The notes under the pieces: generated by a model
Database searches by the model: none
The model's input: only the letters and a program-made list of their open reading frames with translations
What the model was told of the DNA's origin: nothing
DNA from: a virus
Lineage: Duplodnaviria > Caudoviricetes
Length of the DNA stretch: 60,681 nt
IMG/VR virus record: IMGVR_UViG_3300037343_000006
Location: 1-60,681 of that record
Reading direction: 5' to 3' (one strand)
Shown here: positions 18,999-28,411 of the stretch, in pieces
Layout of the letters: every line of letters begins with the position of its first letter
Position numbering within the stretch: position 1 is the stretch's first letter
Program-made: the position numbers and the translations under genes

Positions 18999-20824
18999 TC
19001 ACATTCTCCGTAGCTTTTTGCTGTTCCTGCTTCGCAGTCCACGGGTAGGCCAGCGGCCCAGTCCGGAACCCAACGCATTGAGTCTTCGATGTATGCCTTG
19101 GCCGCGTCAGTTTCGGCGTCGGGTACGCAGCATACGATAGAGTCATGCACAGTCAACACTACTTTGTATCTCTTGGCAATACGTAACATCTGCTCACCAA
19201 TGATACAGCGTGCTATGGCTTGGCAGACGTTCTCTACCACCTTGCCGCCGTAGATTTTATTGTCTCCCCTGCGTACCTTATAGTAATACTGCGGGCCTTT
19301 TTCTTCCTCGACTGCGAACAGTCCGCTGTAGTACATAGGCAACCCGCTCGGCATAATGAGTGCCTTATTGGCGGGGTCCACTCCGATCACACCAGATTTG
19401 CCGAAGGTCACCTTGTCCCCCTGCGCCATGTAACGCAGCATGACCTGCGCTTCTTTCCACAGGTTGCTGATGTTCCAGTTAGCGTTGCGGTAGATGTTGA
19501 TGACCCGCCGTGCTTCGTCGAAGGGCATGTCAAACCCGAACGTCTTTAGCTGCGCTTGGAACTTGACCGCACCCATGCCGTAGCCCGCACCGAGGATTGT
19601 GGTCTTACCAACAAAGCGCTGGTCCTTGGTCACGTCGTCTACCGCTACACCGTAGATTGTTGACGCCATCTTCTTGTAGACGTCTTCTCTGTTAGTGAAC
19701 GCACTAACAAGGTCTTCCTGCCCAGCCAGCCATGCAAGCACCCGTGCCTCGATCTGTGCGGAGTCGGCCTCAATAACCGTATGCCCTTGGGGCGCGATGA
19801 TCGCCTTCTTCAACGACTTGGCGTTGGGCCCCCTGCTCGGCAGGTTCTGCAGGTTGATCTTATCGTCGCCACCCCAGCGCCCAGTATGCGCAGCATAGTA
19901 ACGCACAGGGACAGGTAGCTTGCCGCGCTCGGCGATGCCGATGAACCGCTGCGTCCTTGTCTCTTCTAGCGTGGACTTGGTGCCCATCCGCGCAGACACG
20001 AGTGCTTGCACCCGATCGTCATCGTGCTCTAGAAGCGCCTTAAACTCTTCGTCATTCTTGGCAAAGGCGAAGGTCTCCTTGCCCGTCGTGGGGCTTACCT
20101 TCATGGGCGGAGCGACGCCTAGCATGTTCAGCAGGAGCGCAAACTTCGGGTTCGACATGAGGTCGCTCTTGTCCTCGATGCCTGCATCGACGAGCAGCTT
20201 CTCCTTGCGTTCCTGCACCGCTACGAGGTGCGCTTCTAGCTGTGACTTGTTTAGCTCTAGCGTCGGCTCAGTAAACATGCGCAGGGTCAGGTCGATCAGG
20301 CGAAGCTCCTTCATCGGGAACTTCTTGGCCATGATCTGAAACAGGCTGTAAGTCAGCTCCACATCGTTGATGCAGTAGTCCCCGTAGGTGCTGAGTTCTT
20401 CTGGTAAGAAGTCCAGACGTCGCTTGCCCATGGCCCGCACTACCTCGGTGCCCTTGACGCCTACGCCATAGCGGTCGGCCACAGCCTTGAGGGATGCAGA
20501 GGCTTCGACCCCGTGCAGTGCACGCGCCATGTGCATCGTGTCGGCTAGCGCCTTGGGGTGAACGTCGAAGTGCCACGACGCTATGGCACCGTCGAACATG
20601 GTGTTGTGCGCCAGCATCATGCTGTTAGCCCAGTCAAACCGCTGCAGATACTTCTTGATCTGCCCCATGGTCCCGCTGGCCCATTCGGGCTCACCGTTGT
20701 TGACCTTAACGCTGACGCCAACGACTTCGAACCGCTCGTCGCGGATATACTCTTCGGTCGTCATCTTCGATAGGGAGTAGTCCTTGTCGTAGTAGGTCTC
20801 CATGTCAAATGTAATCAGGTCCAT
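18995..20824 (-). CDS. polA: Family A DNA polymerase with 3'-5' exonuclease
   Basis: 609 aa from MDLITFDMET; AHNTMFD, HTGRWGG, NLQNLP, DSAQIEARV (motif A), KTTILGAGYG (motif B), TVHDS (motif C). Confidence 0.92.
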   Translation of the reverse strand: MDLITFDMETYYDKDYSLSKMTTEEYIRDERFEVVGVSVKVNNGEPEWASGTMGQIKKYLQRFDWANSMMLAHNTMFDGAIASWHFDVHPKALADTMHMARALHGVEASASLKAVADRYGVGVKGTEVVRAMGKRRLDFLPEELSTYGDYCINDVELTYSLFQIMAKKFPMKELRLIDLTLRMFTEPTLELNKSQLEAHLVAVQERKEKLLVDAGIEDKSDLMSNPKFALLLNMLGVAPPMKVSPTTGKETFAFAKNDEEFKALLEHDDDRVQALVSARMGTKSTLEETRTQRFIGIAERGKLPVPVRYYAAHTGRWGGDDKINLQNLPSRGPNAKSLKKAIIAPQGHTVIEADSAQIEARVLAWLAGQEDLVSAFTNREDVYKKMASTIYGVAVDDVTKDQRFVGKTTILGAGYGMGAVKFQAQLKTFGFDMPFDEARRVINIYRNANWNISNLWKEAQVMLRYMAQGDKVTFGKSGVIGVDPANKALIMPSGLPMYYSGLFAVEEEKGPQYYYKVRRGDNKIYGGKVVENVCQAIARCIIGEQMLRIAKRYKVVLTVHDSIVCCVPDAETDAAKAYIEDSMRWVPDWAAGLPVDCEAGTAKSYGECE

Positions 20825-21038
20825 TTGTGTTCTCCATATACCGCTGCAGTGAGTGCAGGGTTTTCTTTGCTTGATAGTCGTTGGGCTTCGACGAGTTGTT
20901 GCCGATGCAAACAACCCGCCGTCCGTTGTGATGCAGGAAGTAGTGATCGCGCTTCTTCACTACTTCCCACCCGTCATCCAGCTGCTTAATCGTTTCTCGT
21001 ATTAGCGGGTGGACTTGCTTCGGTATTGGGTCGGCCAT
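20805..21038 (-). CDS. Hypothetical protein (weak HicA-like pattern)
   Basis: 77 aa with AAGGAG RBS; GWEVVKKRDHYFL resembles a HicA fold only weakly. Confidence 0.5.
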   Translation of the reverse strand: MADPIPKQVHPLIRETIKQLDDGWEVVKKRDHYFLHHNGRRVVCIGNNSSKPNDYQAKKTLHSLQRYMENTNGPDYI

Positions 21039-21456
21039 CTGCTTCTCCTTGCATCTCAATCAGCCGCTGCAGGTGGTGCACAGCTTTCTGTATGTCCTGC
21101 ATCCCGCCTTTGCTTCGCTCACGTGCGAGGTAGGCGATCGCTACACCCTTGTGGTATCCGCGGTACTCTTCTGGTGTGAGCCATGCTTCCATAGCTTCCC
21201 AAGGCTGCACAGCCATGTCCTTATAATGCGCGCCACCGACTTGGTTGTCTAACGCACTCGGTGTTTTGTTAGTGTGCACACTAACCTCCTCTCTCCAGTT
21301 GGGCGACGAGATACGGGCCATCGTTTGCTCTGCAAACTCCTCGCTAACGTCACAATTAATTCCTACGTCGTACGCCGTGGCCTGCCGGTTCTTCAGCAGG
21401 TATGCCCATACTCTTTCTTCTGTCAGGTTATAGGCCACGTTGTTTTCTCTGCGCAT
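20986..21456 (-). CDS. DUF3310 (SaV / T7 gp1.7-like) domain protein, copy 1
   Basis: QVGGAHYK...QPWE...GVAIAYLAR...KGG.QDIQKAVHHL; start codon uncertain. Confidence 0.75.
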   Translation of the reverse strand: MRRENNVAYNLTEERVWAYLLKNRQATAYDVGINCDVSEEFAEQTMARISSPNWREEVSVHTNKTPSALDNQVGGAHYKDMAVQPWEAMEAWLTPEEYRGYHKGVAIAYLARERSKGGMQDIQKAVHHLQRLIEMQGEADGRPNTEASPPANTRND

Positions 21457-21557
21457 ACCAAATTCCAAATTTCCATAGTAGTTTATAGGGTGACCACTTC
21501 GGGGCCATGACCAACGCCATGTGGCACCACATCTCAACTTCAAAATACTTCTGTGAT

Positions 21558-21866
21558 TTACTCGATGCCATCTGGCACCGCCTTTGTTAGTGTATCCCTA
21601 ACATGTTTCATGTTGTCCTCATTGACTACTAACGCCACCCCGCCGGTTTCGGCGATGTGCTTAAGGTTCTTTTCTTGCAAGGGTGTCGGCTTGTTCTTGC
21701 CTGCCTTGCACTCAATCCCGAAGAACGTTCCTCGATAACAGCCCACGATGTCGGGTACGCCGCCGGCACCATAGCCTCCAGTCACGGGGTAGAAGTAGTA
21801 AGCACCCATGTCCTTAAGCTGCTGCACCACGACCTTTTTAACTTTAGCTTCCGGCGTCATTGCCAT
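21558..21866 (-). CDS. VRR-NUC nuclease / Holliday junction resolvase-like protein
   Basis: TPEAKVK, GVPDIVGC, FFGIECKAGKNKPTPLQ. Confidence 0.85.
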   Translation of the reverse strand: MAMTPEAKVKKVVVQQLKDMGAYYFYPVTGGYGAGGVPDIVGCYRGTFFGIECKAGKNKPTPLQEKNLKHIAETGGVALVVNEDNMKHVRDTLTKAVPDGIE

Positions 21867-22218
21867 TCGCGGCCCCCTCTGCATGTGCGTCGCGCACCAC
21901 TTCCGTGATGTATTCGGCCACTGATGCGCAGCCGATTTTGTCCGCCTCAACCGCCAGCCAGTCCAGCTGGTCCGGTGTTAGCCCAAGCAGGATGTCGCTC
22001 ATAAACCCCAACTTAATCTTACGGTTGGCAAACAGGTATTTTACCCGCTGTCGCGGTGTTGATTTATTCTTGCGTGGCGGGACCATGCCCGCCTTGCGCG
22101 CATCGACGACAGCCCTGACGACCTTGGTATACCCGAAGCCGGTGGCTAGTTGTATCGCAGCGTGGCTGTGACCTGCCATGTGCAGTTCAGCAACGCGTCT
22201 CGTGTCATCACCCATCAT
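21844..22218 (-). CDS. Hypothetical protein, possible HTH
   Basis: 124 aa from MMGDD; ATGA overlap; ELHMAGHSHAAIQLATG is an HTH-like segment. Confidence 0.55.
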   Translation of the reverse strand: MMGDDTRRVAELHMAGHSHAAIQLATGFGYTKVVRAVVDARKAGMVPPRKNKSTPRQRVKYLFANRKIKLGFMSDILLGLTPDQLDWLAVEADKIGCASVAEYITEVVRDAHAEGAANGNDAGS

Positions 22219-22406
22219 GGCCGTGCAACCGGACGCAGGAACGGCACGCCTGTATCGCGGCAGTATGCGTCCACCTGTTGGCCCCAAAGCGCCTCCAATG
22301 CTTCGACCATCGCAGGCATCTGGTCGCACACTGCAACCGTTTTGCCCGTGATGTGGCCGACTTCCATGCTGCCGATTGCGAAGATGATTAGGTAAATGCT
22401 GGTCAT
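22215..22406 (-). CDS. Small hypothetical protein with hydrophobic N-terminus
   Basis: 63 aa (MTSIYLIIFAIG...), AGGAG RBS, ATGA overlap. Confidence 0.55.
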   Translation of the reverse strand: MTSIYLIIFAIGSMEVGHITGKTVAVCDQMPAMVEALEALWGQQVDAYCRDTGVPFLRPVARP

Positions 22407-22780
22407 TGGTTTTCTCCTTTCATAGAGTCTGCCATCTCCACAAGGCGTTGCAGGTGGTGGATGGCCTTCTCGATATCCTCTAGGCCGCCCTTGTCCCGCT
22501 CTCGTGCGAGGTAGGCGATGGCCACGCCCTTGTGGTACCCACGGTACTCGTCTGGTGTGAGCCATGCTTCCATGGCCTGCCATGGCTGGATGCCCATGTC
22601 CTTGTAGTGGTTGCCGCCAACCTGTGTGGCCAGTGTAGATGTAGTCATAGCTTTCTCCGCTGCTTCTCTAATAAATACTTCTCGTGGTGTGCCGACCCTG
22701 TCGAGCAGGCTCTGCGCAAACTGTTCAGTCACACCACAAACATCGGCGGCCTCTGCCTGCTTCTTAGATAAATCCTGCAT
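22403..22780 (-). CDS. DUF3310 domain protein, copy 2
   Basis: QVGGNHYK...QPWQAMEAWLTPDEYRGYHKGVAIAYLARERDKGG; TGATG coupling. Confidence 0.75.
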   Translation of the reverse strand: MQDLSKKQAEAADVCGVTEQFAQSLLDRVGTPREVFIREAAEKAMTTSTLATQVGGNHYKDMGIQPWQAMEAWLTPDEYRGYHKGVAIAYLARERDKGGLEDIEKAIHHLQRLVEMADSMKGENQ

Positions 22781-23313
22781 CACAACACCCGCGCGTTGCT
22801 GGCATAGTCGACCGCGATCAGGTGCAGCGCCTGTGACTTTGCGTCGTCCAGCGCGTTGTGATGTGTGCCTGCGCGCTCCATCTTCACCTCGGGATATAGG
22901 CCCTTCACGGTGCGGTAGCACTTGTCCTTCCAGAACTCCCACATCGGCACACCGCAGCGCTTGCCAGACTCGTGCATAATCACGTTGTCGAACGTGGCCC
23001 CGTTACCCCAGACGCCTTTGAGGTTGTCGCCGTAAGAGCAGACGAACTGCATGAAGTGCCGCAGGCCTTCTTCAAGACCAACGGCATCATCTTGCCTGTC
23101 GGTCAGCGCGTCCTGCGCGATTTTGTCTTGCCCCAGCCACCACATGACAGTGGATGGGTCGATCACGGCACCGGAGCGCACAGCGCTGTGCAGGGACACC
23201 GTGCAATAGAACTCTCGGTCAATCCCTTTGGCGTCGAACGCCACGGCGCCGATGCTGACGATTGGCGCATCTGCGCGGGTGCCCATGGTTTCTAAGTCGA
23301 TCATGATGTGCAT
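22780..23313 (-). CDS. DEDDh 3'-5' exo(ribo)nuclease (Rv2179c/exoVIII-like)
   Basis: HIMIDLET, VWGNGATFD, HHNALDDA; AGGAG RBS. Confidence 0.85.
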   Translation of the reverse strand: MHIMIDLETMGTRADAPIVSIGAVAFDAKGIDREFYCTVSLHSAVRSGAVIDPSTVMWWLGQDKIAQDALTDRQDDAVGLEEGLRHFMQFVCSYGDNLKGVWGNGATFDNVIMHESGKRCGVPMWEFWKDKCYRTVKGLYPEVKMERAGTHHNALDDAKSQALHLIAVDYASNARVL

Positions 23314-23359
23314 TTTGGTTCTCCTTTGTTATGTCTCAGGCATAATGCCGACCGCTTAT

Positions 23360-23524
23360 TCAGTCTCTCCCAAGAAACTCATTGTGTCCTTGGCCCACAT
23401 GCAGAACGTTCGCCAGCTTGGCCTCCAGTTCCTCGATGCGGTCGGCTTGTGCTAGCATCACTCTCCGCACGTCCGTGATGCCATCAGCCAGACGCTCAAC
23501 GCTCATTCGGTCAATGCTGGTCAT
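23360..23524 (-). CDS. Small hypothetical protein (54 aa, not in the ORF track)
   Basis: MTSIDRMSVERLADG...ADRIEELEAKLA; ATGA overlap with the upstream stop. Confidence 0.45.
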   Translation of the reverse strand: MTSIDRMSVERLADGITDVRRVMLAQADRIEELEAKLANVLHVGQGHNEFLGRD

Positions 23525-23712
23525 GTCTCTAATCTCCATTCCATGTTTCTGTTTCTGATCTCCTCCAGCAGTTCATCCGCCTTCGGGTTGTCGTGGCGCA
23601 GGCAGGTCTTGTAGCAGTTGAGCAGGTACTCATCGCCCAACGTATCAATCCAGACGGGCCCATCGTGGCTGAACCACTGACCTCGGCCCACACGTTCTTG
23701 TGGGTCACTCAT
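23521..23712 (-). CDS. Hypothetical protein
   Basis: 63 aa from MSDPQ; GGAGG RBS; TAATG coupling. Confidence 0.55.
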   Translation of the reverse strand: MSDPQERVGRGQWFSHDGPVWIDTLGDEYLLNCYKTCLRHDNPKADELLEEIRNRNMEWRLET

Positions 23713-23948
23713 TACATCCCTCCCAACTCTACGATTAATATACCTGCCAAAAAGACGCAGAATATAACGTATGCCCACACATGCAGCGCGTCGATGGGTG
23801 CCTCGGCCCGCCTAATCTGGCGACGCTTACGGGACTGCGCTCGCAGCATGCGCTCTTTCTCGGGGCGGGACGTAGCCGCCCATCCGGGCCCTTGGTACGG
23901 ACTTATCATCTTGTTCAATCGTTCGAGGTCGTGTGGGTCTTTCTTCAT
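23712..23948 (-). CDS. Small membrane-anchored protein
   Basis: 78 aa from MKKDP; GGAG RBS; C-terminal transmembrane-like segment VWAYVIFCVFLAGILIV. Confidence 0.55.
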   Translation of the reverse strand: MKKDPHDLERLNKMISPYQGPGWAATSRPEKERMLRAQSRKRRQIRRAEAPIDALHVWAYVIFCVFLAGILIVELGGM

Positions 23949-24012
23949 GGCGCTCTCCGCGGTAACTGGTTTCGGTTTGTGGGTGGGGGCCGAAGCCCCT
24001 GTTAGTGTCGCA

Positions 24013-24393
24013 CTAACAAAACACCCAATATGTTTCGTCGTTGATACGCCGACCCACACCCTCGACAGGTTCAGTCGGTGGGGTACAGCTCAGCATACTG
24101 AGTAAGGTAATCTTCTCTCGCATCCAGTCCGGAAGCGATTCGATACCATCGTAGTTACCATCTACTATCGCGTCAACACTTTCTAGGCCAATACATGCTA
24201 CACGAACATGTCCGATCACACCGTCTACAGTAACACGGTATATGTTATCATCAGGTGGTAGCTTCTCGGTATCGCCGACCCAATACGCCGCGCGCTGGCT
24301 ACACCTGTACCAGCCATGTGCTTGGACTAGGTCGCGGTATTTTATAAACTTCATACCTCTGTAGTCAGCGAAATCTTTTTCACCTAGCCACAT
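24013..24393 (-). CDS. Hypothetical protein
   Basis: C-terminal LPDWMREKITLLSML...VEGVG resembles the C-terminus of the neighbouring 288-aa ORF (LPEHILGRLAVMSMV...VPGVG); start uncertain. Confidence 0.6.
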   Translation of the reverse strand: MWLGEKDFADYRGMKFIKYRDLVQAHGWYRCSQRAAYWVGDTEKLPPDDNIYRVTVDGVIGHVRVACIGLESVDAIVDGNYDGIESLPDWMREKITLLSMLSCTPPTEPVEGVGRRINDETYWVFC

Positions 24394-25246
24394 AAAACAT
24401 CCCCTCTGTGTGTTTGAAGCCCACGCCGGGCACGAACGCGCCGTCCTCCACCATACTCATCACTGCCAACCGACCAAGTATATGCTCGGGCAAGTCGTCA
24501 TAGTATGTCTCGATCTCACCCATCATGGGCCAGTGGTTCTCGGCTTTGTCCACGGGCACAACATCGAACCGCTGCTTACCCCCACCCTGCGTGATCGAGA
24601 CAAACAGCATGTTGTAGGGCTGCTGTGCGTTATCATTCTCGGCCCCCAGTGCGAAATACTCGGTGAGCCTGTCGGTCAGTGTCGTGTCGAAAAACGTATG
24701 CTCGCTTGTTATGAGGCGCTTGAGTTCTACTAGCACAGGGGCGTCCTTCCTGTTATAGAGGCCTGCACCAAATAGTCTGACCTCTTCGCTCGTCATCACC
24801 TCGCGCGCTGACTTCCGCATCTGGCTGATGGCATCACGGACGTGTGAGTACGTGTGCTCCACCAACTCCTTCGGCGATAGCCTGCGCAGAAACTTCTTGG
24901 CGCTCTTCACGGCGACACTACATTTAGAACTCATCACCATGGTATGCTGCGTGGAGCCGCTGCTGTATTTACCGTTCACAATGTTGCGAGCACGCACGGC
25001 GTAGACGTTGCCGCCCTTGCCGTTCTGGCTGAAGTTACCGAACCCTATGGCACCCATGGCGATGTGGTCCTCTGGCATATAGACCCAAGCCCAGTTGTTA
25101 TTACGTAGTGTCGTGCGGCATCCGGGGATCGCCGCCTCTACATCTCGGCGAAAGTCACGCAGCACAGCGTTATACGGGACTTGCTCCTCCCGCTTGTCGT
25201 GCTCTTCCAATAGCTGGCGTACGTATGCTGCTTCCATCTTACTCAT
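24380..25246 (-). CDS. Hypothetical early protein
   Basis: 288-aa ORF in the leftward operon. Confidence 0.65.
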   Translation of the reverse strand: MSKMEAAYVRQLLEEHDKREEQVPYNAVLRDFRRDVEAAIPGCRTTLRNNNWAWVYMPEDHIAMGAIGFGNFSQNGKGGNVYAVRARNIVNGKYSSGSTQHTMVMSSKCSVAVKSAKKFLRRLSPKELVEHTYSHVRDAISQMRKSAREVMTSEEVRLFGAGLYNRKDAPVLVELKRLITSEHTFFDTTLTDRLTEYFALGAENDNAQQPYNMLFVSITQGGGKQRFDVVPVDKAENHWPMMGEIETYYDDLPEHILGRLAVMSMVEDGAFVPGVGFKHTEGMFYVAR

Positions 25247-25250
25247 CGCT

Positions 25251-26300
25251 TCATCCCTTCACTTCTTTTACCAAGCCAAGCTGCTTGTTGACCCAGCGGT
25301 TAAACGCTGCCTTGACCTGCTTCACGTCGTCCTCGTCCAAGCATGGCGTAAGAAGTTCAGACTGCTTCACAGCCACATAGGCTAGCTGCAACCGCATCGG
25401 GTGCGCTTCATCCGCCATGATCTGACGTGATAGTTTTGGTTCGAGCATATTCGCTAGGCTCCATGTGTTGCTAACCTCAGTGCCTGTCTCCTTACCCCAA
25501 TCGGCTAAGCCGTCACGCAAGCTACGCTCATATTGGTAGTCACGCGTCGGCATGAGCGGGCCAACAGCTAGTACCCAGTCACGGAACGCTTCGACGTGCG
25601 GCTTTAACTTGGCCTTGGTCTTGAGGTCCACACGCTTCTTCGGAGGCACAGGGACTGGCTTGCCACCACTGACAAACTCCCACAGATAGCCACGCCCTCC
25701 CATTATGTCAGTGCGCTTGAACGTGAGCGACGCCCCGTCGTCCTTGACTCGCTGCCATTCGAGCCATTTGGGGGTATTGCCACCACGCACCGTAGCGAGT
25801 TCTTTTTGTGTGTTCTCCCACACCACGCGCGGCACTGTTTTACCCTTAGCGAGATAGTATGTGCCGCCTGCAGCCTCGATGAAGTGCTTGCCGTTGCGGT
25901 TACGGAACCACACGCCTGCTGGTGTATGTCTATATAAGAACGCATACCGCATGTTGTGGGCACCATTGCCTGCCCCGTTACGGATTGTGACCGTCTCGGT
26001 GCCGTCCTTGTGCTTGCGCCACACGATCGGTGCGTAGAACGCCATGTCTTTGAGTGTCGGCGTGTATGCGACATCCCCCCTGTAGAGCCACTTGCCGAAG
26101 TACTCGTCGCCATATTGGAAGCCATCAGACAGCGCGTAGCAGTTGTCACTGACCTTGGCGATGCGCTCCCACTTGCGCCCACGATCACCGATTGGTCGTA
26201 TGTCTTTACCTGCGTTGGCTGCACCGCCCAGTGGCTTGGTGCGCTCATACCACGATTCGACGTCAGCGAACGTGTTGAAGCTAGAGTAAGTAAGTGCCAT
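25251..26300 (-). CDS. Hypothetical early protein
   Basis: 349 aa; AAGGAG RBS directly after a palindrome. Confidence 0.7.
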   Translation of the reverse strand: MALTYSSFNTFADVESWYERTKPLGGAANAGKDIRPIGDRGRKWERIAKVSDNCYALSDGFQYGDEYFGKWLYRGDVAYTPTLKDMAFYAPIVWRKHKDGTETVTIRNGAGNGAHNMRYAFLYRHTPAGVWFRNRNGKHFIEAAGGTYYLAKGKTVPRVVWENTQKELATVRGGNTPKWLEWQRVKDDGASLTFKRTDIMGGRGYLWEFVSGGKPVPVPPKKRVDLKTKAKLKPHVEAFRDWVLAVGPLMPTRDYQYERSLRDGLADWGKETGTEVSNTWSLANMLEPKLSRQIMADEAHPMRLQLAYVAVKQSELLTPCLDEDDVKQVKAAFNRWVNKQLGLVKEVKG

Positions 26301-26330
26301 GTTATCTCTCCTTGGTTTGTTAGTGTCGCA

Positions 26331-26741
26331 CTAACCGAAGTTGTGTGTGAGGCGGCGCTCGATGCCGCACATGTCGAATAAGAAACTCATCATCTCCCCG
26401 CTGGGATCAGCCTTCTTCTCAGTGGTTTCGATGTCGCTGAGTTCCTCGCCGATGCGATAGTATAGTGAAGCGAACGGATGCCCACGTTCCTGTGCGAAGT
26501 TAGACGCCACGTCGATCAGGTGCTCGATACCCTGCACGTCGTCGTCGTTGTCATACCACTTGACATCTTCGGCTGCGTAATACAGCACGGGGTATTCACC
26601 CGCGTCGTAGTTCTTCCACCTCGCAGGTGCGAGGTTGTTGTCCGTCACACGCTGGTCCATCACATAGACTGCCAACACCTCGTCGCGTTGTGCCTTGTTC
26701 TTGAACGCCACAGCGATCAACACGTCACTTCTGTATCCCAT
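26331..26741 (-). CDS. Hypothetical early protein (MGYRSDV family)
   Basis: 136 aa; GGAG RBS; DVKWY and RIGEE..DIE motifs. Confidence 0.7.
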   Translation of the reverse strand: MGYRSDVLIAVAFKNKAQRDEVLAVYVMDQRVTDNNLAPARWKNYDAGEYPVLYYAAEDVKWYDNDDDVQGIEHLIDVASNFAQERGHPFASLYYRIGEELSDIETTEKKADPSGEMMSFLFDMCGIERRLTHNFG

Positions 26742-26848
26742 GTTTCTTCTCCATATCTTTTTCTGTTTCGGTGTTAAGTGGTCTGGTGGGCTGCTTGCTA
26801 CCCACCGAGCCACACTTGTTATTACGACTAGGCCTACCTGCCGCCACT

Positions 26849-28078
26849 TCACATATCCCTCGATTCAATGTGCACGGTCTTGCCCACGTCAGGGCTGGCC
26901 CGCTCGTTGTCCAACACAGTCCACAGCACAGGGTGGTGCCACTCACCCCAGCCACCGAACAGATAGCCGTCGGTCAGCACGATCACTGCCTGCGCCTTGA
27001 TCTGTTTGTCTGCGATGTATTGTGGCACACAGCGCACGTCGGTGCCGCCGCCGCCCTTGGGCTTGGTAGACTGCACGATGTTGTCCGCTTCGGCCCCTTC
27101 ATACCGCTCGTCACCTGCCACGCGCGTGTCCCAATACAGGATGCGAATAGCCTCGGGGTGCACCGTGTCCGCCACCGATTTGATTTCGGCGAGGAAGGCA
27201 CCTAGTTCACGCGCACCGATGCTGCCTGACGTGTCGATAGCCACCACGATCTCACCGATACTCTCGCTGATACCACTCGGCAGGTAGATACCCGCGCCGA
27301 TGTAACGACGGTTGGGCCTGCGCCATGTCGAGTAGTCATTGCCCTGACAAGTTGTTTGCACGAAGTCACGCAGCACCTCGCGCCAGTCCACTTGTGGCTG
27401 CAACAGTTCAACCATGTCGCGGTCAGCACCACTGCCCAGCTTGCCAGCAGCCAGCGCACCTTGCCGCACAGCCTCGTCGATCTCACGCGCCAAGTCCCGC
27501 TGTTCTTCTGCGGTCATGTCGGACGCATCATCCCAGCCGTGCTCATCGAAGCCAGTTCCCGTGTTAGTGCCGCCACTAACACCACTGCCCTGCCCCTGCC
27601 CCTGCCCCTGCGGGGGCGGGTTCTTCTTGAGGTCGTTGAACACCTGCGCGCTGTCCCACCCACGATACTTGTCGTCGTAGCACCCGATGCTCAGCTTGCC
27701 GTCCATGGTGGCGAACAGGTCAGCGTTGTCGTCGACCAGCTTACCGTTGATGACGTAGTCACAGGCCATGTTGGCCAGCTGCGCGTTCTCCTTATAGAGA
27801 TGTTGCCACGTGGTGAGGTGGCGATAGAGTTTGTGATACACCTCGTGCAGCACAAGGAAGCGCAGCTGTCTGTCGTTGAGGTCGGCGATGAAGTCAGCGC
27901 CATACACCTCGTCCTTGCCGTTGGTATATGCAGTCGGACAACGCCACGCGTCATGCTCGACACGTCGTGCTCCGATCATCAGCACACCTACCAGCGCCCT
28001 GTATTTGAGGTTAGCCATGATGTCGATCACAGCCTTCTGCACCCTCTGGTCTGGCGTTAAGTTACCCATCATCAGCAT
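26849..28078 (-). CDS. Metallopeptidase-vWA fusion (DUF2201-like)
   Basis: PTAYTNG, LHEVYH (HExxH), ANMACDYVIN; MIDAS motif IDTSGS, GGGGTD, VLTDGY. Confidence 0.85.
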   Translation of the reverse strand: MLMMGNLTPDQRVQKAVIDIMANLKYRALVGVLMIGARRVEHDAWRCPTAYTNGKDEVYGADFIADLNDRQLRFLVLHEVYHKLYRHLTTWQHLYKENAQLANMACDYVINGKLVDDNADLFATMDGKLSIGCYDDKYRGWDSAQVFNDLKKNPPPQGQGQGQGSGVSGGTNTGTGFDEHGWDDASDMTAEEQRDLAREIDEAVRQGALAAGKLGSGADRDMVELLQPQVDWREVLRDFVQTTCQGNDYSTWRRPNRRYIGAGIYLPSGISESIGEIVVAIDTSGSIGARELGAFLAEIKSVADTVHPEAIRILYWDTRVAGDERYEGAEADNIVQSTKPKGGGGTDVRCVPQYIADKQIKAQAVIVLTDGYLFGGWGEWHHPVLWTVLDNERASPDVGKTVHIESRDM

Positions 28079-28079
28079 G

Positions 28080-28400
28080 TTATTGTGCTCCCATATCTGA
28101 CCCGCCGAACAAGCGGGTCCACCAGCGTTTTAATGTCGACGTGGTAGTATCACTAACCACGTGTTTAGTTGCGTCCTCACTTGTTAGTGGCACACTAACA
28201 GTCTCGTATCTTTTCGGCTGCTTGTGCAGGCCCGTGACGTAGATGCGCTGCTGCACCGCGCCTCTCGAGCGGTTAAGTGCTTTGGCAATATCCCACGTGT
28301 CAAACCCTGCATGATACATGGTAAGCAATGTGTCAGTGTGCTCGTCCGTCCATGCTGTGCCGGTGTTACTCGGCGTCTTGCGCTTGTATCTCTTAGCCAT
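28080..28400 (-). CDS. GcrA/Myb-like HTH protein
   Basis: WTDEHTDTLLTMYHAG...IAKALNRSRGAVQQRI resembles the GcrA N-terminal HTH; GAGGAG RBS. Confidence 0.55.
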   Translation of the reverse strand: MAKRYKRKTPSNTGTAWTDEHTDTLLTMYHAGFDTWDIAKALNRSRGAVQQRIYVTGLHKQPKRYETVSVPLTSEDATKHVVSDTTTSTLKRWWTRLFGGSDMGAQ

Positions 28401-28411
28401 TGTTTCTCTCC

